DNA of 64,000 nt from a bacterium (GTDB taxonomy: Bacteria > Patescibacteriota > Saccharimonadia > Saccharimonadales > UBA4665), in assembly GCA_021811625.1 (NCBI GenBank), contig JAJZNU010000008.1:331-64330 (forward strand), in the 5' to 3' direction. Of this stretch, positions 9,876-19,604 are shown one piece after another; within the stretch, counting starts at the first letter, position 1, and each line of letters starts with the position of its first letter. A program made the translations under genes and the position numbers. The notes below the pieces were generated by a model. That model was not told where the DNA came from, did not search any database, and saw nothing but the letters and a program-made list of their open reading frames with translations.

Positions 9876-11252
9876 ATGCGTCAAAAAAACGGTCGAGTCG
9901 TTAAGTATCTAAAGACTTCGGTATATCTATTATCGATAGCGATTATCGCTGTGCCGAGTGTCTTGACGCCGAGTGTTGGTCTGGCAGCCAGCGGACAAAT
10001 CTACCTTGCTCCGGCGACAGACTCAATACAAATCGGCAATACTTTTACCCTGGCATTAAGAATTAACCCTGGTACAGCAGTGAATGCCGTTCAAGCAACG
10101 GTGTCTTACGACCAAAACGCCTTGGAATTCATCTCGTCATCGATAGGAGTTTTTTCGACTTGTGTGAGTAATAGTGGGGGCGGCGGGAGCGTCACCCTGG
10201 CGTGTGCGATGCTTGGAACCAGCACTTCCAGCGATTCGCTGATTGACAACATAACCTTCAAAGCTCTGAGCGGCAGCGGAAATACGACCTTAAATCTTAT
10301 TAACGCTAACGCCTCTAATGCTGGGTCCTGGACAAACCCGAGCAGCAGCGGGGCCACCATAGATTTAACCTCACCACCCCCGCCGCCGCCATCGAATCCT
10401 GCGCCCGTCGCAACATCAACGCCTTCCAAAACAATAACTCATATATCCGCTCCAGTGACATCAACCTCGTCCGGAGGAACAGTAACTCCTCCGCCTGCTC
10501 CAGTCGTCGTGCCCGAGGCGCCCACCAACGTTAAACTCAATGTCGTCAGTCAAAATGTCAACTATACAAACGCGACCATAGCCATCAAAGCGACGGCAAG
10601 TGTCCAGCTATCACTAAAATACGGTCTATCGCCACAAACACTCGACAAAACTGCTCCGTTAACCGTAACCGGTCAGACGGCTCAACTTAATTTCGGATCG
10701 CTATCTCTAACGCCCGGTACGACGTACTACTATCAAGTGGTAGCCAGTTTTAACGGGTCAACCCTAACCGCTACTCCGGTGAGGACAATAACTACGAAGG
10801 GCTACACCGTGCAAGTAACCGTTTTGGATAGCAATTATCTTCCTTTAGTTGACAAGAAGGTTAGTCTCCACTCGGCGGCGCCAATCTATGCCTATACCAA
10901 TGCAGAAGGTGTAGCAACTTTTTCTAACGTGGCTCCGGGTTCGCATGAGCTCGATTACACATCAGGCGACCATTCTTATGTAAAAGGGGTCTATGTCCCC
11001 GACAATCTTACCGTCATACATGGGTCTGAGGTGGCGCCGATCCAGTCATCGGCTGTTGTGCTATCGGGCTACCGCCAGCCATCGTTTCGGTCTAGTTGGA
11101 CTTATTCAATAATACTAGCTATGGTGGCGGCCTTATGTGGCGGGTTGTTTACTTACTACAGGAAAGCTTTCCGGCGATTATTCGCGTTCATGTGGCGAAA
11201 GATTAAACGACATAGAGGGGTATTGCCGATAATCAACCGTCCTATTGGCTAA
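9876..11252 (+). CDS. Membrane-anchored surface protein: signal peptide, cohesin-like domain, Pro-rich linker, FN3-like domain, CarboxypepD_reg-like domain, C-terminal TM anchor
   Basis: The start is at ATG 9876 (MRQKNG...). The cohesin-like stretch is IYLAPATDSIQIGNTFTLALRINPGTAVNAVQATVSYDQNALEFISS, followed by a PPPPPPSNPAP linker. PGTTYYYQVV marks the FN3-like domain and VTVLDSNYLPLVDKKVSLHS...NAEGVATFSNVAPGSHEL the CarboxypepD_reg-like domain. The C-terminal TM (WTYSIILAMVAALCGGLFTYY) is followed by a basic tail. Confidence 0.7.
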   Translation: MRQKNGRVVKYLKTSVYLLSIAIIAVPSVLTPSVGLAASGQIYLAPATDSIQIGNTFTLALRINPGTAVNAVQATVSYDQNALEFISSSIGVFSTCVSNSGGGGSVTLACAMLGTSTSSDSLIDNITFKALSGSGNTTLNLINANASNAGSWTNPSSSGATIDLTSPPPPPPSNPAPVATSTPSKTITHISAPVTSTSSGGTVTPPPAPVVVPEAPTNVKLNVVSQNVNYTNATIAIKATASVQLSLKYGLSPQTLDKTAPLTVTGQTAQLNFGSLSLTPGTTYYYQVVASFNGSTLTATPVRTITTKGYTVQVTVLDSNYLPLVDKKVSLHSAAPIYAYTNAEGVATFSNVAPGSHELDYTSGDHSYVKGVYVPDNLTVIHGSEVAPIQSSAVVLSGYRQPSFRSSWTYSIILAMVAALCGGLFTYYRKAFRRLFAFMWRKIKRHRGVLPIINRPIG

Positions 11253-11302
11253 ATCTGTTTTTATAAAGTCTTTTACCGCTCGGCTCAGGCGTTTTTCCCG
11301 GG

Positions 11303-13084
11303 TTATTCACTTCCGTAGGCCTGTGCCAAAAGACTCAAGTCCAACAGATTAACGCAACCATCCTGATTTATGTCAGCACGACCCACCGATGGTGAGCATT
11401 GGCCGTAAGATGCTGCTAGCAGACTAAGGTCCAGCAAATCGATATGACCGTCCTCGTTAATATCCGCCGGGTAGGCCGTAAACGCCGAGACGGCAATCGA
11501 CGGCAAAGACGTGTTCCCGCTGGAATCATAGGCAACAACCTGATAATCATATGAGGTATTGGGAATTAGCGACCCATCCGTATAGGTTGTTGTAGAGGTT
11601 GTTGCAATCTGAGTGCCGTCCCGATAGACCATATATCCGCTAGGATTCCCGCTACCGGCTATCCAGCTAAGTTGGATGCTATTTTGGTTAATAGTCTTAG
11701 CGACAACGTCATTTGGCTGCGAGGGCAGGGAGATGAGGCCGGATAGTCCATTCGGGGATCCCAATCCGCTTGGAGTATCAAAGCCTATCGAGGCCGTACA
11801 GTGTGTGGTGTTAAGACTGGTACAGTCGTTGCCGGAAGTTATATCATGGAAAGCCGTCGAACTATATTTAGCGTATGGTACGGATGACCCGATAACCGAT
11901 GGGGGTATACCGCCGGAGAGCGCAAACATTCCGGCTATCAAAGGGGTTGCTAGAGATGTCCCGCCGATTTGATACCAAGTACCGTTTACATTTATCGCCG
12001 CCCCGGTGTTAGGATCTGCATCGGCTGACAGATCACCAAAAGATCGGTTGGCACCACATCCGTTAGAGGCCCAATCGCTTAGCGAGGTTTGCCAGGTAGG
12101 AGCTGGATAGTACGTCGAACAGCCGCCGCCAGAATCGACCCAAACCGTCTCATTCCCCCAGCTATTGTTCACTCCAAGCTGGAGAGTTGTGCCTGCTACC
12201 GAGACTACGTCCGGGTTGTCGCTTGGCCAAGAGGCTCCGTTCGACACCGAGCCCAGATCACCGGTGGCGGCAACAACCGCGATGCCGGGATAATCGAAAT
12301 AATTATCCAACGAAGGGTCGTCGGTATTTCCTCCCCAACTGTTGGATATCGATACCGGTTTAAGAGAAGCGGCTTCAGACTCAGCCGCAGCTAAGTCGGT
12401 GTCGACAGTATCATTTGCCTCCACTAGTGCTATCTTACAGGTCTGGCATACCATGTGAGCAGTTTCAACATCAAGCGCAATCTCGTTGCTCCAGCCGGCA
12501 TTAGCGGGAAGGGGAGAGGTAGCGCCATTTTGGTTGATGACGCTCAGACAGGAGTTGGCTATCGAACAAGTTGGAATGCCGTAGTAGGTATCATAATCAG
12601 CGAGCGACGTCTCGAGTGCGGAGTTCCCGCCTGTAAAACTTCCAGCGTCGACAATGGCAATTGTTTCCGGCCCGAAGGAAGTTGGCGTGGGACAGATCGA
12701 GGCAATAGTTCCACCCGGTGTGCAAGGCAGAGAATAGGCGGTATGGAACTCAGCGGGGCCGTAACTACCGGCATTGGCGGGACTGGCGGTTAAAGGTTGG
12801 TTTCCGTCCGGCATCATACTTATGTCCGACAGACAGCTAACGTTATTAACTGTCGGTGCCCGGCAAACACTCCGAATTGGTCGTGAAGACAGAGGTTGAA
12901 GTGCGCTAGCCCCGAAGCTTATGTGATAAGCAACAGAGTGCATCGTACTACCGTCTCCGGGAGGAGAAGACATCACAAAAAAGACAAAAAGCATTCCCAG
13001 AATAACGGCGTCACCACAGGCGATATATAGCCACTTTCGTCTGTGGGGGCGACAACGATTACTCGATTTGTAAATAATGAACAT
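11303..13084 (-). CDS. Secreted S53 (sedolisin/kumamolisin-type) serine peptidase with FN3 domain and C-terminal type-I dockerin
   Basis: There is an N-terminal signal anchor. S53 hallmarks are NEIALDVETAH (Glu, then Asp four residues later), ISNSWGG and IGGTSLATPLIAGMFAL. The FN3 domain is IQLSWIAGSGNPSGYMVYRDG...NTSYDYQVVAYD. Two EF-hand-like dockerin repeats are DINEDGHIDLLDLSLLAASYG and DINQDGCVNLLDLSLLAQAYG. Confidence 0.8.
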   Translation of the reverse strand: MFIIYKSSNRCRPHRRKWLYIACGDAVILGMLFVFFVMSSPPGDGSTMHSVAYHISFGASALQPLSSRPIRSVCRAPTVNNVSCLSDISMMPDGNQPLTASPANAGSYGPAEFHTAYSLPCTPGGTIASICPTPTSFGPETIAIVDAGSFTGGNSALETSLADYDTYYGIPTCSIANSCLSVINQNGATSPLPANAGWSNEIALDVETAHMVCQTCKIALVEANDTVDTDLAAAESEAASLKPVSISNSWGGNTDDPSLDNYFDYPGIAVVAATGDLGSVSNGASWPSDNPDVVSVAGTTLQLGVNNSWGNETVWVDSGGGCSTYYPAPTWQTSLSDWASNGCGANRSFGDLSADADPNTGAAINVNGTWYQIGGTSLATPLIAGMFALSGGIPPSVIGSSVPYAKYSSTAFHDITSGNDCTSLNTTHCTASIGFDTPSGLGSPNGLSGLISLPSQPNDVVAKTINQNSIQLSWIAGSGNPSGYMVYRDGTQIATTSTTTYTDGSLIPNTSYDYQVVAYDSSGNTSLPSIAVSAFTAYPADINEDGHIDLLDLSLLAASYGQCSPSVGRADINQDGCVNLLDLSLLAQAYGSE

Positions 13085-13190
13085 TTTTGTTTTTGTGGAC
13101 GATAATCCTTACGTATACAATTATATGTCTTGGTTTAGGAAAAATGAAGCTGTGCACCCGTACACTATGTAGGGATTAGGAGCGGGACCA

Positions 13191-13219
13191 TTGTAAATAG
13201 TTGGTTAACTTGGTAAAAT
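13191..13219 (+). promoter_or_regulatory. sigma70-like promoter for rpsB-tsf
   Basis: TTGTAA (13191-13196), a 17-nt spacer, then TAAAAT (13214-13219). It lies about 105 nt upstream of the rpsB ATG. Confidence 0.4.
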
Positions 13220-13324
13220 ACCTCAATCACTATTTTAAGCAGGTCGGAATTTGGGTCCTCCCGCGGATTAGCTGTGTAAGTTACCGTAGGCCATCCGATC
13301 GAAGAGAAAGGATTTCACATTATT

Positions 13325-14062
13325 ATGCCGGTAGTAGAAGTCGATATTAAACAATTATTAGAATGCGGTGCGCATTTTGGACACAAGACCGAGAGGTGGC
13401 ACCCGAAAATGGCGCCATTCATATATGCCAGTCGGGGAGGTAGTCATATTATTGATTTAACCAAAACCGTCGAAAGATTAAATATCGCCTTAGATTTCTT
13501 AAGCAAAACTGCATCTGAGGGGAAACAGGTACTATTTGTTGGTACCAAACGGCAGGCCCAGGAGATAGTTAAGGCGGCGGCCGAAGAAGTCAATATGCCT
13601 TTTGTTACCGAACGGTGGCTTGGCGGGATGCTGACCAACTGGAATACGATCAGTGAGCGGGTAAAGCACTTACAAGACTTGGAAAGACGGATGGATTCCG
13701 GTGAACTGGCTAATAAATACAACAAGCTCGAGGTCCAACGATACCAGGAAGAAATCGACAGTATGAATCAGTTATACGGCGGCATAAAGGAACTTCACGC
13801 TAAGCCTGGAGCGGTTTTTATTGTGGATATAGTTCATGAATCCAACGCTTTAAAGGAGGCTCGGAAACTTGGCGTACCAACAGTAGCCATGGTGGATACA
13901 AATGCCGATCCGAGCTTGGTCAGCTACCCGATACCGATCAATGATGACGCCATAAAGACCATTCAGCTGGTAGTCGATTATGCTAAACGGGCGATTACTG
14001 CGGGTCGCTCAAACGCGAAGTCTAATGATAGCAAAAAAGAGCCCGCAAGCAAGGCCGAGTAA
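13325..14062 (+). CDS. rpsB: 30S ribosomal protein S2
   Basis: LLECGAHFGHKTERWHPKM...FVGTKRQA...WLGGMLTN...DTNADP is canonical S2. Confidence 0.96.
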   Translation: MPVVEVDIKQLLECGAHFGHKTERWHPKMAPFIYASRGGSHIIDLTKTVERLNIALDFLSKTASEGKQVLFVGTKRQAQEIVKAAAEEVNMPFVTERWLGGMLTNWNTISERVKHLQDLERRMDSGELANKYNKLEVQRYQEEIDSMNQLYGGIKELHAKPGAVFIVDIVHESNALKEARKLGVPTVAMVDTNADPSLVSYPIPINDDAIKTIQLVVDYAKRAITAGRSNAKSNDSKKEPASKAE

Positions 14063-14081
14063 AGGAGGCAACAGGAGCAAT

Positions 14082-14678
14082 ATGACCGTCGATATTAGTA
14101 GCATTAAACGTCTCAAGGATCTTACAGGGGTCGGATTAACCGATGCCAAGAAAGCCTTGGAAGAATCTTCCGGTGACTTTGACAAAGCTCTCGAATCCAT
14201 GCGAAAAAAAGGACTTACTAAGGCTGACAAACGTAGCGAACGAGAAGCTCGTGCCGGTCTCATCGGAACCTACAACCATGATGGACGGATTGGAGTCCTG
14301 GTTGAGGTAAACTGCGAAACCGACTTTGTCGCACGAAACGAAATATTTGTAAATCTCGTAAAAGATATATCAATGCACATAGCGGCATCTAATCCAGAAT
14401 TTTTATCAATAACAGACGTCGCAACAGACGTTAAGTTAAAAGTGCGGAATGATTTTTTGGAAAAAAGTCGGGCGGAAGGTAAACCTGAGAATATGTTGGA
14501 TAAAATTGTTGATGGGCAGGTAGATAAGTATTTCAAAGAAAAGTGCCTGCTCGATCAGCCATTTGTTAAAAATCCCGACCAAACTGTCGGCGAGTATATA
14601 AAGGAGCATAATGCCCGCCTTGGGGAGAATATACTCGTGCGTCGATTTAGTCGAATGGTTCTTGGCGAAGTTAACTAA
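14082..14678 (+). CDS. tsf: Elongation factor Ts (short form)
   Basis: The start is at ATG 14082, after the SD AAAGGAGG. The UBA-like N-terminus is IKRLKDLTGVGLTDAKKALEES, followed by VEVNCETDFVARN. Confidence 0.93.
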   Translation: MTVDISSIKRLKDLTGVGLTDAKKALEESSGDFDKALESMRKKGLTKADKRSEREARAGLIGTYNHDGRIGVLVEVNCETDFVARNEIFVNLVKDISMHIAASNPEFLSITDVATDVKLKVRNDFLEKSRAEGKPENMLDKIVDGQVDKYFKEKCLLDQPFVKNPDQTVGEYIKEHNARLGENILVRRFSRMVLGEVN

Positions 14679-14771
14679 ACAAAAGCAACCACTTTTATTA
14701 GTTTGGTGTATGCTTGCCGAGCAAGTTAAGGTTATTTTTCGTAACCAAACAAGTGATGGTAATATCTATAT

Positions 14772-15332
14772 ATGGAAACAATTCAACTAAGCCTGTCCGA
14801 AGAAAAATTTAAGTCCATACTTCAGCACTTCAACGAAGAGCTCAAAAAAGTCCGAACTGGTCGAGCCAACTCTGGCATGCTTGATGACGTTGTGGTTGAG
14901 GTTTACGGGACACGAATGCCTCTAAACCAGGTAGCCAATATTATCGCTCCTGAGGCACAATTGCTTCAGATTACGCCGTTTGATCCTAATAACCTTCAGG
15001 CTATATCGGCCGCAATTCGCAATAATCCTACATTGGGACTAAATCCGGCCGATGATGGGCGGGTGGTGCGAATACCGATTCCTCCGCTAACCGAAGAACG
15101 GCGACGAGAGATAGCTAAAACCCTCAGTGAAAAAATAGAAGAAACTCTAATAAAAATGAGAACAGTTCGCCACGATGCACTGAAGCAAGCGGAACAGACA
15201 AAAAAAGATAAAGAGATGAGCGAAGATGACTACACCCGATTTGAAAAACAGATTGATGATGCTATGAACAGGTATAAGTCTCAAGTAGAGTCCTTAGCAG
15301 CCACGAAAGAGAAAGAGATTCTATCCATATAG
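14772..15332 (+). CDS. frr: Ribosome recycling factor
   Basis: LKKVRTGRANSGMLDDVVVEVYG...IPIPPLTEERRREIAK, 186 aa. Confidence 0.95.
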   Translation: METIQLSLSEEKFKSILQHFNEELKKVRTGRANSGMLDDVVVEVYGTRMPLNQVANIIAPEAQLLQITPFDPNNLQAISAAIRNNPTLGLNPADDGRVVRIPIPPLTEERRREIAKTLSEKIEETLIKMRTVRHDALKQAEQTKKDKEMSEDDYTRFEKQIDDAMNRYKSQVESLAATKEKEILSI

Positions 15333-15377
15333 CTTTTAAACCAGCAGACCTTAAGCAAACTTGTTACAATAGGTAGG

Positions 15378-16505
15378 ATGTCTGTCGGTTTGCTGATTCT
15401 TGGGCTAGTTTTATTCATACTGCTCGTAGTAGTTCACGAGTTTGGCCACTTTATGACGGCGCGAAGAAATGGGGTTGAGGTTGAGGAATTCGGCATATTC
15501 TTTCCGCCTCGGCTTTGGAGCCGAAAAACCAAAAAAGGGTGGGAATTTAGCGTAAATGTTATTCCTCTTGGAGGTTTTGTTCGACTAAAGGGGGAACATG
15601 ATTCCGATACCGGGAAAGGGACTTATGGGGCCTCTTCGCTGTGGGTTAAAACCAAGATATTGTTGGCCGGTGTTGGTATGAACTTGGTAGCGGCGTTTGT
15701 CCTCCTGACAATCCTGGCGTGGGCGGGGATGCCGACACTTGTAAACAATCAGTTTACGGTTCACAGTGACACTAAGATGGTGGAAGATGAGGTGCTGATC
15801 GGATCGGTGCAGCCTAACTCGCCAGCCGCCAGTATTCATCTAGAAACCGGGGATCGGTTGGTCAGTATTGGCCGAATCGGGAGCCCCTTGAAAAATATCC
15901 AGAACGCCGATTCGCTCCCCGGGATCACAAAAAGCCTAGCTGGAGACAAGGTCCGAGTTACTTACGAACGAAATAAACAACAGTATTCCGCAGAGACTAC
16001 GCTATTAAGCAGCAAAGTTGTCGATGCCAGTCAAAAGACCAACAATCCCAAGGGCTATCTTGGAATTTCGCCTACCCAATATACGCTCAGTCGATCGACC
16101 TGGTCTGCGCCGGTGGTTGGCATCGGACTTCTTTGGCAGTTTGTGGCCTTAACCTTCCATGGTATATGGACGGCTTTGGGGGGGTTATTCAGTGGCAATA
16201 CGGCTCAGGCTACAGCGCAGGTTGCCGGGCCGGTGGGCATCTTTGAGATATTGAAAAACGGCAGTCTACTGGGTTACCAGTTCGTGCTGATGATTGTTGC
16301 CGTCATTTCTCTCAGTTTGGCAGTAATGAACGTCCTACCCATACCAGCACTGGACGGGGGTAAGTTATTTGTGACTTTAGTAACCAGGGCCTTTCACCGG
16401 AAGCTATCTGAGAGGGCGGAAGCGCTGATATACGGTGCCGGGTTCATCTTCCTCGTAATACTTATCATATTAATTACTATTGTCGATGTCCGACGTAACC
16501 ACTAA
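15378..16505 (+). CDS. rseP: RIP site-2 metalloprotease RseP (M50) with PDZ domain
   Basis: HEFGHF (HExxH) lies in TM1, with a central PDZ domain. The MNVLPIPALDGG (LDG) motif is near the C-terminus. Confidence 0.9.
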   Translation: MSVGLLILGLVLFILLVVVHEFGHFMTARRNGVEVEEFGIFFPPRLWSRKTKKGWEFSVNVIPLGGFVRLKGEHDSDTGKGTYGASSLWVKTKILLAGVGMNLVAAFVLLTILAWAGMPTLVNNQFTVHSDTKMVEDEVLIGSVQPNSPAASIHLETGDRLVSIGRIGSPLKNIQNADSLPGITKSLAGDKVRVTYERNKQQYSAETTLLSSKVVDASQKTNNPKGYLGISPTQYTLSRSTWSAPVVGIGLLWQFVALTFHGIWTALGGLFSGNTAQATAQVAGPVGIFEILKNGSLLGYQFVLMIVAVISLSLAVMNVLPIPALDGGKLFVTLVTRAFHRKLSERAEALIYGAGFIFLVILIILITIVDVRRNH

Positions 16506-17268
16506 TCCCAAGAGCGAAGACCCCAATCAAGGTGTTACTTGGGGGGCCTTGAGTGCCGTAGCTGTTGTCGTGGCGGTTTTTGTGGCGGCACAGCTTTTCG
16601 CCGGACTGATTATAACCATCTACCCACGCTTAAAGGGGTGGAGCGGCTCAAGAATCAGTGATTGGGTTAACAACTCAATCGGCGCAGAATTTTTCTATGT
16701 CTTACTGGCTGAGGTGATCACTATTGCGCTGGTGGTTTGGTTTATACGTTGGCGCAAGGGCTCGTTGAGGGCGATTGGGCTTAAACGTGCTTCTTGGCAA
16801 GATGTACCTTATGCAGTTTTAGGATATATAAGCTACCTCGTTATTTATATATTTGTAGTCGGTTTTCTCACTGCCTTCCTAAAAGGTCTGAATGTTAACC
16901 AGTCACAACAACTAGGTTATAGCCAGACGACATCAGGATTGGCCTTGGTACCGATTTTTATCAGTCTCGTCATTTTGCCGGCGGTAACGGAAGAGTTCCT
17001 TTTTCGAGGATTCCTGTTTAGTGGTCTGAAAAAAGCTATGCCAAAAGTCTGGGCGATCATTATAACCAGTCTTATTTTTGCCAGCCCGCATCTTTTGGAG
17101 AGTGGTAGTGGTGGACTACTGTGGATAGCCGGAATCGATACGTTCGTGCTATCACTGGTCTTGTGCTGGGTTCGCGAGAAGACCGGTCGACTCTACGCCG
17201 GCATGGGAATCCATGCCTTGAAAAACACCGTAGCTTTTATTAGTCTCTTCCTGCTGCACGTTCACTAA
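16480..17268 (+). CDS. CPBP-family (CAAX-type) intramembrane glutamic protease
   Basis: TEEFLFRGFLF (EExxxR), FASPHL and GIHALKN motifs across about 6-7 TM helices. It overlaps the rseP end by 26 nt. Confidence 0.85.
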   Translation: MSMSDVTTNPKSEDPNQGVTWGALSAVAVVVAVFVAAQLFAGLIITIYPRLKGWSGSRISDWVNNSIGAEFFYVLLAEVITIALVVWFIRWRKGSLRAIGLKRASWQDVPYAVLGYISYLVIYIFVVGFLTAFLKGLNVNQSQQLGYSQTTSGLALVPIFISLVILPAVTEEFLFRGFLFSGLKKAMPKVWAIIITSLIFASPHLLESGSGGLLWIAGIDTFVLSLVLCWVREKTGRLYAGMGIHALKNTVAFISLFLLHVH

Positions 17269-17308
17269 GGTACAATCATATTATATTGAAAGACGGGGTT
17301 GAATAGAC

Positions 17309-19021
17309 ATGAGGTTGTCAAAATTATTGGGGCGTACGAGTAAAACCGAAGGAGCGGATTATAAAATTGCATCACATCGTCTTCTAACGCAGGCGGGATT
17401 TATTCGCGAGTCCACGGCTGGCCGATATTACTTGTTACCTCTGGGTGTAATGGTTCAGGAAAAAATTATTGGCATAGTTAGGAAACACATGAACAATGCA
17501 GGTGCTCAAGAAGTCCTGATGCCCGTGCTGCATCCCATTGAGCTTTGGCAGGAGACCAATCGGACCAATACGACGGGCTTCGAACTAATGAAGGTTAAAG
17601 ACCGCCGGGAGGCTGAATTTGCTCTGGGGGGGACAGCCGAGGAAATGGCGGTAGATTTGGTTCGCAAATTTAATATTAGCTATAAGGATCTACCGTTTAA
17701 TATCTATCAGTTCAGCATGAAATTTCGCGATGAACTCAGGGCGCGGGGCGGATTGCTGCGAGTGAGAGAGTTCATTATGAAGGACGCCTACAGTTTCAGT
17801 ACTGAGGAGCAGTTTGCCGAGTTATATAAGCAGATGTGGGGAGTGTATGATGAGATTTTCCGCGAGGTAGGACTGAAAGTCCAGGCAGTTGCTGCGGATA
17901 ATGGCTATATCGGGGGCGAGTACTGTCATGAATTCATTGCCGAAAGTCCCGCGGGTGAAAGCACCTATTTTGTGACTGAGGATGGAAGCTACGGGGCCCA
18001 TCAAGATATAGCCGTTTTCGCCAAGTACAAAGCACCGACTGATGACGAGAAAGAATTACCCCTAGAGGAAGTCGAAGGGGCGGGTATCATAGGAGTTAGT
18101 GAATTAGCTAAGCACCTCAACATTCCTGTAGAAAAAACGACCAAGACGATTTTGTTTGAAACCGACAAGGGAGAGGTCATTGCTGCTGCCGTCAACGGTC
18201 TTTATGATGTTAATTTGGTAAAACTGCAACACATTATAGGTGCGGCCGATATAAAACTGGCCAGTCCGGAGACGGTCAAACGGGTTACCGGAGCAGATGT
18301 TGGGTATGCCGGCTTTCTAAACTTGCCCTCTGATATTCGAGTCGTTTTGGACGAGTCGGTAGGCGGTCGCAAGAACTTCGAGGTTGGCGCCAATAAAACC
18401 AACTATCATACGATCAACGTAAATTTCGGTCGCGACTATCCAGAGCCGGACCGATATTGGGATATTGCAATGGCCAAGGAAGGTTATTCGGCTGTAGACG
18501 GTCAGCAAAAGCTGATCGAGAAAAAAGGGATCGAGGTAGGTAACATCTTTCAACTAGGCTATCACTATAGCAACCTTATGAGAGACACGGAGTACACCGA
18601 TGAGCAGGGCAGGCGCCAAAAGTATTACATGGGTTGTTATGGCATTGGTATAGGCAGGACATTGGCGGCAACGGTGGAGGTGCATCATGACGACAAAGGT
18701 ATCATTTGGCCGGAGAGCATTGCACCGGCACTCGTTTATCTGGTGCGACTTGGAGATGGTAGTGACGTAATTGCCAAATCCGACGAACTGTATAAAAAAC
18801 TACAGGAGAATGGGGTTGAGGTGTTGTATGATGACCGAGACTTACGTGCTGGAGAAAAATTTGCGGACGCCGATTTGATAGGGGTACCTTACCGTTTAGT
18901 TGTTAGCAAGAACACTCTAATGAACGGAGAATATGAGCTAAAGAAACGGGACGAAGCAGAGGTGAAAAATCTATCCGAAGTCGATTTGCTAAAACTACTG
19001 GCATCCGGCAAGACGAGTTGA
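17309..19021 (+). CDS. proS: Prolyl-tRNA synthetase (bacterial type with editing insertion)
   Basis: Class II motifs (FRDELRARGGLLRVREFIMKDAYSF; GCYGIGIGR) and a C-terminal anticodon-binding domain. It is 570 aa. Confidence 0.95.
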   Translation: MRLSKLLGRTSKTEGADYKIASHRLLTQAGFIRESTAGRYYLLPLGVMVQEKIIGIVRKHMNNAGAQEVLMPVLHPIELWQETNRTNTTGFELMKVKDRREAEFALGGTAEEMAVDLVRKFNISYKDLPFNIYQFSMKFRDELRARGGLLRVREFIMKDAYSFSTEEQFAELYKQMWGVYDEIFREVGLKVQAVAADNGYIGGEYCHEFIAESPAGESTYFVTEDGSYGAHQDIAVFAKYKAPTDDEKELPLEEVEGAGIIGVSELAKHLNIPVEKTTKTILFETDKGEVIAAAVNGLYDVNLVKLQHIIGAADIKLASPETVKRVTGADVGYAGFLNLPSDIRVVLDESVGGRKNFEVGANKTNYHTINVNFGRDYPEPDRYWDIAMAKEGYSAVDGQQKLIEKKGIEVGNIFQLGYHYSNLMRDTEYTDEQGRRQKYYMGCYGIGIGRTLAATVEVHHDDKGIIWPESIAPALVYLVRLGDGSDVIAKSDELYKKLQENGVEVLYDDRDLRAGEKFADADLIGVPYRLVVSKNTLMNGEYELKKRDEAEVKNLSEVDLLKLLASGKTS

Positions 19022-19092
19022 TATAATGAGTCCTCAATTATCGGTGTTTTTCTATACAACATAACCAACGGGTCGGGAAGGAGATATTGCCA

Positions 19093-19554
19093 GTGAAAAA
19101 ATTATTCAGATTGACCAAAGATGGCATCAATGAATTGCAGTCCGAACTCAAGACACTGCTGCAGGAGCGTAAGGCGATCTCTGAACGCATCAAAATAGCT
19201 CGGGAATTCGGGGATATGGCCGAAAATGCCGAATATCAGTCGGCGCGCCATGAGCAGGACAGAAATGAGTCTCGGATAGATGAGATCGAGCACATTTTAC
19301 AGAATGTCGAGATTATCAAATCACCCAGAAATGACGGAAAAGTCCGTCTGGGTTCGGTGGTTAAGCTCAAGAACGGTAATGGTACAGCCAAGGAATATCA
19401 GGTGGTTGGTACCGTTGAGGCAGATCCGCTAAGTGGCAAAATCTCCGACGAATCGCCTATCGGACAAGCTCTGCTTGGCAAAAAAACGGGCGACGAGCTG
19501 GAAATTGTAACTTCCACCGAAAAGCTCACCTATAAGATCACGGCAATATCCTAA
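19093..19554 (+). CDS. greA: Transcription elongation factor GreA
   Basis: GDMAENAEYQSARHEQ coiled-coil tip and a C-terminal FKBP-like domain (ISDESPIGQALLGKKTGDE). GTG 19093 is preferred, being 9 nt after AAGGAG (19078-19083). The ORF track instead starts at TTG 19087. Confidence 0.92.
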   Translation: MKKLFRLTKDGINELQSELKTLLQERKAISERIKIAREFGDMAENAEYQSARHEQDRNESRIDEIEHILQNVEIIKSPRNDGKVRLGSVVKLKNGNGTAKEYQVVGTVEADPLSGKISDESPIGQALLGKKTGDELEIVTSTEKLTYKITAIS

Positions 19555-19604
19555 GAGGTGAATTGCTGGTGCTAACCGGCAAAATCAGCTAAGCTATCTA
19601 GTAT

